Shown here one piece after another: positions 28,789-39,167 of a DNA stretch of 64,000 nucleotides. Location: positions 2,560,001 to 2,624,000 of the forward strand of contig OZ242358.1 of the NCBI GenBank assembly GCA_965208835.1, given 5' to 3'. This DNA comes from Candidatus Latescibacterota bacterium (GTDB lineage: Bacteria > Latescibacterota > UBA2968 > GCA-2709665). Position 1 is the first letter of the stretch. Each line of letters opens with the position of its first letter. The notes beneath the pieces were generated by a model. That model saw only the letters and a program-made list of their open reading frames with translations. It made no database searches and was not told the origin of the DNA. Both the position numbers and the translations under genes were made by a program.

Positions 28789-30876
28789 ATGGCCGAAGAA
28801 CAGTACGTCCTGGCAATTGACATCGGCGGCACGTTCACCGATCTCGTCCTTCTGGATTGCCATACTGGCCGACAGGCAATTTCCAAGGTGCCGACGACGT
28901 ATCCGGATCCGTCAGAAGCCGTCTTGTCCGGAATCGACTCGTTACCGGGTGCTGTCGACGCAGGCGCCGTTCAACGCGTCATCCACGGAACGACGCTGGT
29001 GACCAACACGCTGATCGAGCGCAAGGGTGCGCGCACGGGGCTGATCACGACGGCGGGATTTCGGGATGCGCTGGAGATCGGCCGCGAAGGCAGGTACGAT
29101 ATCTACGATCTTGGCCTGGTGTTGCCCGAACCACTGGTGGAACGCAGGTTGAGATTCGGTGCGCTGGAGCGGATGAATGTCAGGGGGGAAGTACTCGAGA
29201 CCCTGGATGAAGGATCGATCCGGGAGGCTTGCGGTACGTTTCTCGACGAAGGGGTGGAAGCTGTTGCCATCTGTTTTCTGCACGCGTACGCCAACCCGGA
29301 ACACGAGCGACAGGCGGCGGGGATCGTTCGGGAGGCGATGCCGGGCGCATCTGTGTCGGTATCGCATCAGGTATCGCCCGAGTTGCGTGAATACGACAGG
29401 ACGTCCACGACCGTCGCCAATGCATACGTGCAACCTCTCGCGCGCCGGTATCTGGCCGGTTTGACCAGAGGGCTGGGAACAAAAGGGATAGCAGCGCCTC
29501 TGCACATAATGCTTTCCAACGGCGGCGTCTGCTCTGCAGAGACGGCCGCGGCCTTTCCAGTCCGGCTCGTAGAATCCGGTCCCAGCGGTGGCGCGTTGTC
29601 GGCAGCCTATTGGGGCGGCCGATCGAACCTGAAGGATGTGCTCGCGTTCGATATGGGGGGCACGACGGCGAAAGCCGTGCTTGGCAGCAACGGCGCGTTT
29701 CCCGTCACAACCGAATCCGAGGTGGCGCGTGTCTATCGCTTCAAACGCGGTAGCGGGCTTCCGTTGCTGGTACCGGTGCTGGATATGATCGAAATCGGCG
29801 CCGGCGGCGGCAGCATCGCGCACCTGAACGAAATGGGGCTGCCCGCTGTCGGTCCCGAAAGCGCGGGATCGGTTCCCGGGCCCGCATGCTACGGGACCGG
29901 TGGAACAGCGCCCACCGTGACCGACGCCGACCTGATTCTGGGCATGCTGAATCCCGGCTATTTCCTGGGTGGCAAGATGGCATTGGATCCGGACCGTGCA
30001 AGGATCGCGGTCCACGGGCTGTCGAAGCGACTGGGCATGGACGTGAATCGTATGGCGTGGGGCATTCACAGAATGGTCAACGAGAACATGGCAAATGCCG
30101 CACGCGTTCACGCGGCCGAGCGCGGTATCGACATCCGGAGCTACACCATGGTCGCGACCGGAGGGGCCGGGCCCGTACATGCCTGCGGCGTGGCCGAGCG
30201 CCTCGGCATACAAACCGTGATCGTGCCGCCCATGGCAGGCGTGAGTTCGGCATTCGGGCTGATGCTCGCGCCGATTTCGTTCGACTTTGCGAGAAGCTAC
30301 GTCGCCCGGCTGGAGTCTTTGGATTTCGCAAGGCTGAACACCCTGTTCGAAAAGATGGAATCCGAGGGTACCGACGTTTTGCGGGAAGCGGGCGTGGTTC
30401 CCGCCGAGATGAGAATTGTACGCACCGCAGACATGCGGTACGTGGGACAGGGCCACGAGATCACGATACCGGTCCCGGGCGGCAGACTCGGCCCCGGCAG
30501 TCTGGACGAAATCCGCGATGGTTTTGACCGGGAATATACCCGAAAATTCACACGCACGTGCGAGGGTGTGGAGATCGAATCCGTTCACTGGCGGGTCCGG
30601 ATGTCCGGACCGAAACCGGACCTCGGCGACCCAAACACGCCGCCTTCGTCGGGCGGGGACGCGGTCAAGGGCGTTCGCCCGGTGTTGTTCGATGCGGAAT
30701 CCGGCCCGGAACCGGCGCCGGTGTTCGACCGGTACAGGATGAAGCCGGGATTTCGGGCGACAGGGCCGGCAATCGTGGAAGAAGCCGAGTCCACCGCCGT
30801 TGTGCCGCGCGGCTGGAAGATTGCCGCGCAGTCCTGCGGCAACCTTCTCCTGACGCGTATGGAGGGTTTGGGATAA
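28789..30876 (+). CDS. Hydantoinase A/oxoprolinase family subunit (copy 2)
   Basis: IDIGGTFTD, HGTTLVTN, EYDRTST, ESGP, DMGGTT, GAGGGSIA, GPAIVEE. Confidence 0.92.
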   Translation: MAEEQYVLAIDIGGTFTDLVLLDCHTGRQAISKVPTTYPDPSEAVLSGIDSLPGAVDAGAVQRVIHGTTLVTNTLIERKGARTGLITTAGFRDALEIGREGRYDIYDLGLVLPEPLVERRLRFGALERMNVRGEVLETLDEGSIREACGTFLDEGVEAVAICFLHAYANPEHERQAAGIVREAMPGASVSVSHQVSPELREYDRTSTTVANAYVQPLARRYLAGLTRGLGTKGIAAPLHIMLSNGGVCSAETAAAFPVRLVESGPSGGALSAAYWGGRSNLKDVLAFDMGGTTAKAVLGSNGAFPVTTESEVARVYRFKRGSGLPLLVPVLDMIEIGAGGGSIAHLNEMGLPAVGPESAGSVPGPACYGTGGTAPTVTDADLILGMLNPGYFLGGKMALDPDRARIAVHGLSKRLGMDVNRMAWGIHRMVNENMANAARVHAAERGIDIRSYTMVATGGAGPVHACGVAERLGIQTVIVPPMAGVSSAFGLMLAPISFDFARSYVARLESLDFARLNTLFEKMESEGTDVLREAGVVPAEMRIVRTADMRYVGQGHEITIPVPGGRLGPGSLDEIRDGFDREYTRKFTRTCEGVEIESVHWRVRMSGPKPDLGDPNTPPSSGGDAVKGVRPVLFDAESGPEPAPVFDRYRMKPGFRATGPAIVEEAESTAVVPRGWKIAAQSCGNLLLTRMEGLG

Positions 30877-32591
30877 TGTCGGCGGAAAAGCTGGATGCCG
30901 TTCTGCTCGAGGTATTGTGGAACCGGCTGATTTCCATCGTAAACGAGCAGGCCGCCGCGCTGATGCACGCCTCGTTTACAACCGTGGTCCGGGAAGCGGG
31001 CGACCTTTCAGCAGGTATATTCAACCGCGCCGGCGATATGGTCGCGCAGGCCGTGACCGGCACTCCGGGCCACATCAATACCATGGCGACCTGTGTCGGA
31101 CACTTTGCGAAAGCGCATCCGATAGACAGTTTGAAGCCTGGCGACAGCCTGCTGACCAACGATCCATGGCTCGGTTCGGGGCACCTGCACGACATTACCC
31201 TCGTCACACCCGTCTTCCATCGCGGGAAGGCCGTCGGATGGTTCGCCAATACGTGCCACGCCATGGATATCGGTGGGCGGACCCTGGGCGCGGACGCGCG
31301 CGAGGTATTCGAAGAGGGACTCCATATTCCGATTATGTTCCTGTTTCGTGAGGGGAAGGTCAATCGCGACTTGATTGAAATCGTCCGAGCCAATGTCCGC
31401 ACCCCCGATGCCGTCGTGGGAGACCTCCATGCCCAGCAGGCCGGCAACGACGTGGGCGCCGAGAAGCTTACGGAAATGATGTCGGAATACGAAATGGAGG
31501 ACATCGAGTCCCTCGCGTCATTGATTCTGGACCGGTCGGAGGCCGCCACGCGGGATGCGATCGCGGAGATACCCAACGGCACGTACCGGGATGAAGTGGT
31601 CATCGACGGTTTCGACCATGCGCTGAAGATCGCGGTATCCATTCAGGTAAATGACCGTGACCTTGCCGTCGACTACGACGGCACGTCACCGCAGGTGGAC
31701 CGTGGAATCAACGTGGTCTACAACTATACGCACGCCTATACGACCTATCCGCTGGCGTGTTCAATCAGCCCCGCCGTCCCGAACAACGCCGGCAGTTTCC
31801 GGCCTGTTGCGGTGACTGCGCCGCCGGGTACGGTTCTCAATGCCACGTTTCCTTGCGCCGTGGGCGCCCGGCATCTGATCGGGCACTTTCTCTCTCAGGC
31901 GGTATTCGGCGCCCTGTCCCGGGCGATTCCGGACCGGGTCCTGGCCGACGGCTCGGCAGGATTGTGGAACACCCAGCTGGAGGGACACGACAGGGAAGGA
32001 CGGGTGTTTTCCTATATCTTCTTCTCCGCCGGCGGCATGGGCGCCAGACCCGCTTCGGACGGACTTTCGGCTACGGCCTTTCCCAGCGGCATCAAAGGGG
32101 TACCTGCCGAGGCCATCGAGGCGGTTTCGCCGGTACTGATGCTGAAGCGGGAGTTGCGCCCGGATTCCGGCGGCGCGGGCCGTTTCCGCGGCGGGCTGGG
32201 ACAGGAAATGGTACTCAGGATGGACACGGACTCGGCGGTGCTGCACTCATGTATGTATGACCGCACCCGGAGCCCGGCGCGCGGTTTCCTGGGCGGCGGG
32301 AACGGCGCCGTCGGCGACGTGATCCTCTCCGACGGGTCCCGTCCGCACCCGAAGGGAAAATACGAACTTCAACCCGGGCAGACGGTGACCCTGAAGCTTC
32401 CTGGTGGAGGCGGCTACTTTTCACCGCAGACTCGTGATCCCGATCTGGTAATGCAGGACGTACGACAGGGTCGCGTGTCGCTCGAGGCGGCCCGGGACGA
32501 GTACGGCGTGGTCGTGGACAACCGGAACTGGAAGATTGATCGGGCTGCCACGGAAGCACTCAGGAAAGCGCCGGGGGAGAGTCCCGGTTGA
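30876..32591 (+). CDS. Hydantoinase B/oxoprolinase family subunit (copy 2)
   Basis: NDPWLGSGHLHD, HAMDIGG, DSGGAGRFRGG, LPGGGG; TAATG coupling at 30874-30878. Confidence 0.92.
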   Translation: MSAEKLDAVLLEVLWNRLISIVNEQAAALMHASFTTVVREAGDLSAGIFNRAGDMVAQAVTGTPGHINTMATCVGHFAKAHPIDSLKPGDSLLTNDPWLGSGHLHDITLVTPVFHRGKAVGWFANTCHAMDIGGRTLGADAREVFEEGLHIPIMFLFREGKVNRDLIEIVRANVRTPDAVVGDLHAQQAGNDVGAEKLTEMMSEYEMEDIESLASLILDRSEAATRDAIAEIPNGTYRDEVVIDGFDHALKIAVSIQVNDRDLAVDYDGTSPQVDRGINVVYNYTHAYTTYPLACSISPAVPNNAGSFRPVAVTAPPGTVLNATFPCAVGARHLIGHFLSQAVFGALSRAIPDRVLADGSAGLWNTQLEGHDREGRVFSYIFFSAGGMGARPASDGLSATAFPSGIKGVPAEAIEAVSPVLMLKRELRPDSGGAGRFRGGLGQEMVLRMDTDSAVLHSCMYDRTRSPARGFLGGGNGAVGDVILSDGSRPHPKGKYELQPGQTVTLKLPGGGGYFSPQTRDPDLVMQDVRQGRVSLEAARDEYGVVVDNRNWKIDRAATEALRKAPGESPG

Positions 32592-32702
32592 CCCGGGTCC
32601 GCGCGGACACACTGGGCGGCGGGACTCCTGACTATGTTGGCTTGAAACTTTAATTAATTTTTAAAAACTACTGGAAAGCAGTTATTTGCGTAGGGAGATA
32701 TT

Positions 32703-34097
32703 GTGGGAAAGTGTGATACCGACGACGGTTACCGGGGGATCTGGTGGTGGGACACGCCCGCGGACAACGAGTACAAATACGTGTACTACAGCGGCGGGTT
32801 CGCGACCTACACCGCAAAGCATATCCCGCTGGCATACTATTCCGAATCAGCGCACAAGACGTACTTCTGTTATGGAGGGACTTACAGGGACAAGAACCAG
32901 ATACTGGCAATGGTCTCCTGTTACGATCACGCCACCGGTACGGTCCCGAGACCGACGATTCTGATGGACAAGGGCACGGCCGACGCACACGACAATCCTG
33001 TTCTGATGCTGGACGATGAGGGACACATCTGGGTTTTCGTAAGCGCGCACGGTACCGCCAGACCGGCGTTTATCTTCAAGAGTGACGAGCCCTATTCCGT
33101 GGGTGCATTCGAATGTGTGACGGAAACGAACTTCTCCTATCCGCAGCCCTGGCATGTTCAGGACCATGGATTCCTGTTTCTGCATACAAGGTACCTTGGC
33201 GGCCGGTTCCTCTATGCTCAAACCAGTTCTGACGGCAGAGACTGGTCTCCACCCAGAGCGTTATCGAATATCCGCCACGGTCATTATCAGGTCAGCTGGC
33301 GTGCCGGTAAACGGGTTGGCACCGCGTTCAACTACCATCCGGTCAAAGAGCCGGGGCCGCCCAGGACCAATCTCTATTATCTTCAGACGGACGATTTCGG
33401 CAAGACCTGGAAGAATGCCGCTGGAACGGACATGGACCTCCCGCTGGCGAACCCCCGCAACGGCGCGATGGTGCATAACTACGAACAAGAGGGCCTGCAA
33501 GTGTTCGTCAAGGATCTGAATTTCGACGCTCAGGGCAATCCCGTTATCCTGATCCTGATCAGCCGTGGGATGGAGACCGGGCCCCATAACGACCCGCGCA
33601 TCTGGACTACGCTCCGGTGGACGGGTGACGAATGGGAGGCCCGTACGGCATTCCCGTCTGACAACAACTACGACACGGGGGGACTTCATATCGAGCCGGA
33701 CGGGACCTGGCGGATCATCGCACCCACCGAAACGGGCCCTCAGCCATATAATACAGGAGGAGAGGTGGCCGTGTGGACCAGCGGTAATGAGGGGGCTGCG
33801 TGGGAGAAAACCCGCCTGGCAACGCGGGCCAGCAAATATAACCATACCTACGTGCGCAGACCGGTAAACGCGCACCCGGAATTCTATGCCTTCTGGGCGG
33901 ATGGGCATACGCGTCAACCTTCTGATTCCCGCCTCTATTTCTGCAACAGGAGCGGGGACAGCGTGTTCCGGCTTCCTCCACTGATGACCGGGGATCATCA
34001 TCGTCCCGAAAGGGTGGTTCCACTCGGCCACAGCGAGGATATCGACGCCGAAGGCGACGCGGGCCGTCGTCAATTGTCGGGAAGGGCCGTCCGATGA
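32703..34097 (+). CDS. BNR_4/Asp-box beta-propeller protein (putative carbohydrate lyase/hydrolase)
   Basis: DAHDNP, SAHG, FSYPQ; Asp-boxes SSDGRDW, TDDFGKTW, SGNEGAAW; NHTYVRRP. Confidence 0.75.
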   Translation: MGKCDTDDGYRGIWWWDTPADNEYKYVYYSGGFATYTAKHIPLAYYSESAHKTYFCYGGTYRDKNQILAMVSCYDHATGTVPRPTILMDKGTADAHDNPVLMLDDEGHIWVFVSAHGTARPAFIFKSDEPYSVGAFECVTETNFSYPQPWHVQDHGFLFLHTRYLGGRFLYAQTSSDGRDWSPPRALSNIRHGHYQVSWRAGKRVGTAFNYHPVKEPGPPRTNLYYLQTDDFGKTWKNAAGTDMDLPLANPRNGAMVHNYEQEGLQVFVKDLNFDAQGNPVILILISRGMETGPHNDPRIWTTLRWTGDEWEARTAFPSDNNYDTGGLHIEPDGTWRIIAPTETGPQPYNTGGEVAVWTSGNEGAAWEKTRLATRASKYNHTYVRRPVNAHPEFYAFWADGHTRQPSDSRLYFCNRSGDSVFRLPPLMTGDHHRPERVVPLGHSEDIDAEGDAGRRQLSGRAVR

Positions 34098-34960
34098 AAG
34101 GGATCGTACTGTCAGGTGGGCTGGGAACCCGGCTGTATCCGCTAACGACTTCGATTTCCAAGCAGATTCTGCCGATATTCGACAAACCGATGATCTATTA
34201 CCCGCTTTCGGTTTTGATGCTGGCCAACATTCGGGATTTTCTGATTATTTCGTCGCCTGAACATATCGAGCTCTACAGGAATCTGCTGGGTGACGGCAGC
34301 CGTCTGGGCATGCGTTTCGACTACGCGATCCAGCCCCGTCCGGAGGGTGTCGCGCAGTCGTTCCTCATCGGTGAGGACTTTATCGACGGCGAGCCATGCG
34401 CGCTGATCTTCGGAGACAATTTCTTTTATGGCCACGGTCTTTCCGGTTTGCTGGAGCAGGCGGGCGAACACCACGAGGGCGGGCTGGTCTTCGCCTACTA
34501 CGTGCAGGATCCCGAGAGATACGGCGTGGTTGAATTCGATGCTTCCATGAACGTGGTGGGCATCGAAGAAAAACCGAAACGTCCTAGATCGAATTTCGCG
34601 GTTACCGGGCTCTACTTCTACGACGGAGGCGTGGTGGATATCGCCAGGGGATTGAAGCCTTCGGAACGTGGGGAATTGGAAATCACCGATTTGAATAATG
34701 AGTACCTGAGGCGCGGTGAATTGCGGGTGCAGCTGCTGGGAAGGGGAATCGCGTACCTCGACACGGGAACCCACGAAAGCCTGCTGGAAGCAAGTAATTT
34801 CGTGCAGATCGTCGAACACCGGCAAGGGCTGAAAATCGCGTGCCTGGAAGAGATCGCGTACAGGAAAGAGTATATAAGCGCGGAGCAACTCGAGGACATC
34901 GCTAACTATTCGGAAGAAAACGAATATTGCCGGTACCTGAGACGGTTGCTGGCATCGTGA
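34094..34960 (+). CDS. rfbA: Glucose-1-phosphate thymidylyltransferase
   Basis: GIVLSGGLGTRLYP, SKQILP, KPMIYYP, EEKP, RGELEITD, DTGT. Confidence 0.95.
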   Translation: MKGIVLSGGLGTRLYPLTTSISKQILPIFDKPMIYYPLSVLMLANIRDFLIISSPEHIELYRNLLGDGSRLGMRFDYAIQPRPEGVAQSFLIGEDFIDGEPCALIFGDNFFYGHGLSGLLEQAGEHHEGGLVFAYYVQDPERYGVVEFDASMNVVGIEEKPKRPRSNFAVTGLYFYDGGVVDIARGLKPSERGELEITDLNNEYLRRGELRVQLLGRGIAYLDTGTHESLLEASNFVQIVEHRQGLKIACLEEIAYRKEYISAEQLEDIANYSEENEYCRYLRRLLAS

Positions 34961-35106
34961 ATCTGATCCCAAGGATTTCCGTGCCGGTTTCGAACCTTAT
35001 ACCGCGTTGGGCCGGACGGGTGCGCCTGCAGGTTTTTGAAACGGGTGTCGGGGCTTTCCGGTCTCAGCTTTCCGGCAGAACGTACGCGTTGCGAGAGGAA
35101 TTCCAC

Positions 35107-35496
35107 GTGTCTCGTACACGATGCAATCGGCGCGCGCGGACCACTTCGTACCTCGGTACAGCGAAAGCAATCTGTATGGCCGCCTTTCTTTCATCCCTTG
35201 CGGGATGCGGCGGGGACCCGTTGTCGCCTGAGGAAGCGATCCTGGGTACGTGGATGCTGACCCACGCGGAAAACGAGCCGGTTTCGGTGAATTATACGCT
35301 GATTTTCGAACAAAACGGCGTTTACACGTTTATCAATACGATCTTCGACGGAAGCCGGATTACGTCAACCGGGAATTGGCGAATCGAACAGGGCGCCCTG
35401 TTTCTCGATGCCCTGGACTTCGGGTTCTCCATTGACAACGACGAACTTACGCTATACGCAAGAGATGGCACCGTATTCGTCTATTCCAGGCAGTAG
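35107..35496 (+). CDS. Lipocalin-like lipoprotein
   Basis: GAGGA RBS and GTG 35107; lipobox LAG-C; ILGTW...GNW beta-barrel pattern. Confidence 0.6.
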   Translation: MSRTRCNRRARTTSYLGTAKAICMAAFLSSLAGCGGDPLSPEEAILGTWMLTHAENEPVSVNYTLIFEQNGVYTFINTIFDGSRITSTGNWRIEQGALFLDALDFGFSIDNDELTLYARDGTVFVYSRQ

Positions 35497-35647
35497 CGCC
35501 GCCGGGATTTCCAATTCGGGGTTCGGAATTCAGCAGGTCTGAAACGAACCGTGCCGAAAGCCGGCAGGCGTCATTACCGGCCCGCTGCCGAACGACTGCG
35601 TTGCAACCGTGTGAAGTGGGCGATTCCGGACGTCTCCAGGAGAGGCC

Positions 35648-37039
35648 ATGCGCGTTGATCCTTCCATCCGCCTGAGGGACGTGAATTCCGGACTCGACCG
35701 GTGTTTCGAACTCGCAATGGGCAAAATTACGTCCATTTCCGAAACATGGGACCCCCGTCACGGAGCGCCGGTCTATACGGTGGGAGGGAAGTATGCCACC
35801 CGTGGTTGGACGGAATGGACGCAGGGATTCCAATATGGGTGCGCGATCCTGCTGTTCGACGCTCTGGGAGAGAAGCAGTTTCTGGATATCAGTCGACGGG
35901 GCGCCGTGGACCGTATGGCGCCGCACGTGACCCATACTGGCGTACACGACCACGGATTCAACAACATATCGACATATGGCAACCTCCGGCGGCTGATGCT
36001 CGAAGGCGCCATCCCGGGCGATTCGTGGGAACAGCGGTTCTACGAGCTTGCCCTGAAAGCGTCCGGCGCGGTGCAGGGGGCCCGCTGGACGACGATTCGG
36101 GACGGAAAGGGGTATATCCCTTCGTTTAACGGCGCTCATTCGCTGTTTTCCGACACGATCCGCACCTGCCGGTCCCTCGGACTGGCACACGGATTGGGCC
36201 ACGTTTTGATGGGGGAGAACGACCGGGCGATTTCGCTGTTCGATCGCATGATCGAACACGCGGAGACAACGGCAAGGTTCAATGTATATTACGGCGACGG
36301 CCGTGACGCCTACGACGTACGGGGACGGGTGGCGCATGAGTCCATCTTCAACGTGCAGGACGGCAATTACAGATGTCCGAGCACACAACAGGGATATTCG
36401 CCCTTTTCAACATGGACACGAGGCCTCGCGTGGATCGTCACGGGATATTCCGAATTGCTGGAATTTCTGGAGGTCGTCGACGATGAAGACCTTGCCGGTT
36501 GTGGCGGTCGCGGCCACGTCACGGCATTCATGACCCGGGCCGCAACCGCGGCGGCAGACTACTACGTAGCAGGCGCATCCGCGGCGGACGGAATTCCGTA
36601 CTGGGATACGGGCGCTCCGGGATTGACGCAGATGGGAGATTATCTTGGCAGGGCCGCGGATCCGTTCAATGAATTCGAGCCCGTGGACAGTTCGGCCGCT
36701 GCGATTGCGGCCCAGGGATTGTACCGGCTGGGCAGGTACCTTGGCGGCACAGCGGGCGGGTCATATACGAGGGCCGCGTTGACGGTCGCCCGAACGTTGT
36801 TCGATGCGCCTTACCTGTCCGACGAGGAGAATCACCAGGGGCTGATCCTGCATTCCGTTTATCACCGCCCCAACGGTTGGGATCGACGCCGGTTGGGTCA
36901 GAACGTGCCGAACGGCGAGTCTTCGATGTGGGGAGATTATCACGCGCTGGAACTGGCGGTGCTGCTGAAGCGTGAAATTACCGGACAACCGTATTTGACT
37001 TTCTTTAATGGGAAACCCGAAGGGTCTGATGTCGGCTGA
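35648..37039 (+). CDS. Glycoside hydrolase family 88-like (alpha/alpha)6 protein
   Basis: WTEWTQGF, HDHGF, QQGY...STWTRGLAW, IPYWD, DSSAAAI, WGDY. Confidence 0.78.
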   Translation: MRVDPSIRLRDVNSGLDRCFELAMGKITSISETWDPRHGAPVYTVGGKYATRGWTEWTQGFQYGCAILLFDALGEKQFLDISRRGAVDRMAPHVTHTGVHDHGFNNISTYGNLRRLMLEGAIPGDSWEQRFYELALKASGAVQGARWTTIRDGKGYIPSFNGAHSLFSDTIRTCRSLGLAHGLGHVLMGENDRAISLFDRMIEHAETTARFNVYYGDGRDAYDVRGRVAHESIFNVQDGNYRCPSTQQGYSPFSTWTRGLAWIVTGYSELLEFLEVVDDEDLAGCGGRGHVTAFMTRAATAAADYYVAGASAADGIPYWDTGAPGLTQMGDYLGRAADPFNEFEPVDSSAAAIAAQGLYRLGRYLGGTAGGSYTRAALTVARTLFDAPYLSDEENHQGLILHSVYHRPNGWDRRRLGQNVPNGESSMWGDYHALELAVLLKREITGQPYLTFFNGKPEGSDVG

Positions 37040-37075
37040 TTGGTGCGTCAGGCGGGAGAGACCGGAGAGTTAAGA

Positions 37076-37936
37076 ATGCAATATGTCAAGCGAATCGCCA
37101 GGCGGGAACCCGGTTTGAAGGCGTCCGGGCACGCTCCAGTGGCAATACTGCTTATCGCGCTGTGGTCCTCACCGGTGTGGAGCAGCGACGCGACGCCGTT
37201 TGATTTCGGCCCGCTGGACCGCATGCTGGGCAGATTCGTGGACGCGCGAGGCTGGGTTGACTACGCGGGTATCAAGGCTGAGCCATCCGACCTGCGGCTT
37301 ATCCTGAAGCGTCTGAGGGAGGCCAGCCCGGAGAGCCATCCCGCTTTGTTTCCCGAGCGGGATGACCGGCTGGCGTACTGGATCAACGCCTACAATGCGC
37401 TTGTGATTGCCGGGGTGGTCAATGCGTATCCCGAAACGAGCGTCAAGAATATCCATAAACAGCCGGGATTCTTCAAGGTGTTCCACGTCGTCGGTGGCAA
37501 GTCCAGGTCACTTGACGATATTGAGCATGGGATCGTCCGCAAAGAGTTCGGGGACCCCCGAATCCACGCCGCTCTGAATTGTGGGGCTGCGTCATGTCCG
37601 CGGCTTCGGCCGGAAGTCTACAGTCCTGATCGGCTTGAAAAACAGTTGAACGCCGCCGTTCGGGAGTTTATCCGCGATCCTCAGCACGTCCGCCTGGACC
37701 GTGACAGCGGCACTCTGGTTCTTTCGAAAATCCTCGATTGGTTCGGTAGTGATTTCACTGACTGGTATCGACGTGAATATCGGGTGAAAGACGTACGGAT
37801 TACGGACTACCTGAATATCCATCTTGCCGAGGAAGATCGGGCCTATCTGCAATCCCATCCTCAGGTCACCATTCGATACCTTCCGTACGATTGGACACTT
37901 AACGACCGGACGTTGCACAAGGAATTGACCCGTTAA
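37076..37936 (+). CDS. DUF547 domain exported protein
   Basis: Signal peptide; VDY, LAYWINAYN, SLDDIEHG, DPRIHAALNCGAASCP, SKILDWF, YDWTLN. Confidence 0.88.
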   Translation: MQYVKRIARREPGLKASGHAPVAILLIALWSSPVWSSDATPFDFGPLDRMLGRFVDARGWVDYAGIKAEPSDLRLILKRLREASPESHPALFPERDDRLAYWINAYNALVIAGVVNAYPETSVKNIHKQPGFFKVFHVVGGKSRSLDDIEHGIVRKEFGDPRIHAALNCGAASCPRLRPEVYSPDRLEKQLNAAVREFIRDPQHVRLDRDSGTLVLSKILDWFGSDFTDWYRREYRVKDVRITDYLNIHLAEEDRAYLQSHPQVTIRYLPYDWTLNDRTLHKELTR

Positions 37937-38060
37937 ACAAAGGGTGATCGCGCGCGGGATACGGTGCTTCGGCGACCTCGTCCCGCAACCTGGCCCGTCA
38001 AGGTCCAACGGGTACATTCAAATAACCTGCCGGTGTATCGATTCCGTAAAGGAGAGACCC

Positions 38061-39074
38061 ATGGGAGCGCCGCCGGAACTGCTGGCGATTCAGCCCCGCG
38101 CACAGGAAGAAGCCCAGGGCAGCCGATTATCGTTTAAGGAGCGCCTGGGACGTGAGGGTGTCGATCTCCGTCGTGACGCGCTGGAGACGCTTCAGATCAA
38201 TGTAGGGAAACTGTGCAACCAGGCGTGCAGGCACTGTCACGTGGATGCCGGTCCGAACCGGACGGAGGTGATGACGCGCGAGACGATGCGGTCGATCCTG
38301 ACGTTTCTCGCCGCAACGGAAATTCCTGTGGTGGATATCACCGGCGGTGCGCCGGAGGTGAACCCCGATTTCAGATATCTGGTGAAACAGATTCGACGGC
38401 TTGGGCGCAGCGTGATGGTACGGTGCAACCTTACCGTGATCTTTGAGCCGGGCCTGGAAGATCTGCCCGACTTCTACCGGGAGCACGAGGTGGAACTGAT
38501 CTGTTCATTGCCGTGTTATCTGGAGGAGAACGTGGATCAGCAGCGAGGAAAAGGCGTGTTTTTCGACAGCATCGAGGCGCTCCGGCATCTGAATGCTATT
38601 GGATACGGAGAGCCGGATTCAGGCCTGCTGCTTCACCTCGTATACAATCCGGTCGGAGCTTCGCTTCCGCCGCCGCAGGACGAACTCGAGGCCGACTACA
38701 AACGGGTTCTGGCGGAGCGCTACGGCATTTCGTTCAATCGCCTGTTTACCATCACGAATATGCCGATCAGCCGGTTTAACGACTATCTGAGGCGTCGCGG
38801 GGAGTACGATGGCTACACGCAGACGTTGCGGGAACAGTTCAATGCACAGACGATCGATCGTCTGATGTGTCGTTTTCTGGTGAGCGTAGATTGGGAAGGC
38901 AATATTTACGACTGCGATTTCAACCAGATGCTGGATATGCATCTGGCCGGCCGACCGAAAAAACTGTGGGAGGTGCCGCCTGGATGGCTGGTCGACAGAA
39001 GGATCCGTATTGCAGACCACTGTTACGGCTGCACCGCCGGCGCCGGAAGCAGTTGCGGCGGCGAGCTGGCTTGA
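38061..39074 (+). CDS. arsS: Arsenosugar biosynthesis radical SAM protein ArsS (DUF3641 C-terminus)
   Basis: TLQINVGKLCNQACRHCHVDAGP, DITGGAPE, SLPCY, LVYNP, TNMPISRF, LMCR, YDCDFNQM, HCYGCTAGAGSSCGG; AAGGAG RBS. Confidence 0.88.
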   Translation: MGAPPELLAIQPRAQEEAQGSRLSFKERLGREGVDLRRDALETLQINVGKLCNQACRHCHVDAGPNRTEVMTRETMRSILTFLAATEIPVVDITGGAPEVNPDFRYLVKQIRRLGRSVMVRCNLTVIFEPGLEDLPDFYREHEVELICSLPCYLEENVDQQRGKGVFFDSIEALRHLNAIGYGEPDSGLLLHLVYNPVGASLPPPQDELEADYKRVLAERYGISFNRLFTITNMPISRFNDYLRRRGEYDGYTQTLREQFNAQTIDRLMCRFLVSVDWEGNIYDCDFNQMLDMHLAGRPKKLWEVPPGWLVDRRIRIADHCYGCTAGAGSSCGGELA

Positions 39075-39167
39075 CCGTCGATTATCCGCTTTCGTCTTCG
39101 GTTGAAATCATGTGATGAAGGGGTCGGCCAACCCGAACGGTCGACCCCGTTTCATTGTCTGTCGGAA

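Noticed and set aside
39040-39074. Selenocysteine recoding at the ArsS C-terminus
   Set aside because: The SSCGG cysteine is encoded by TGC, and the TGA falls at the normal family end.
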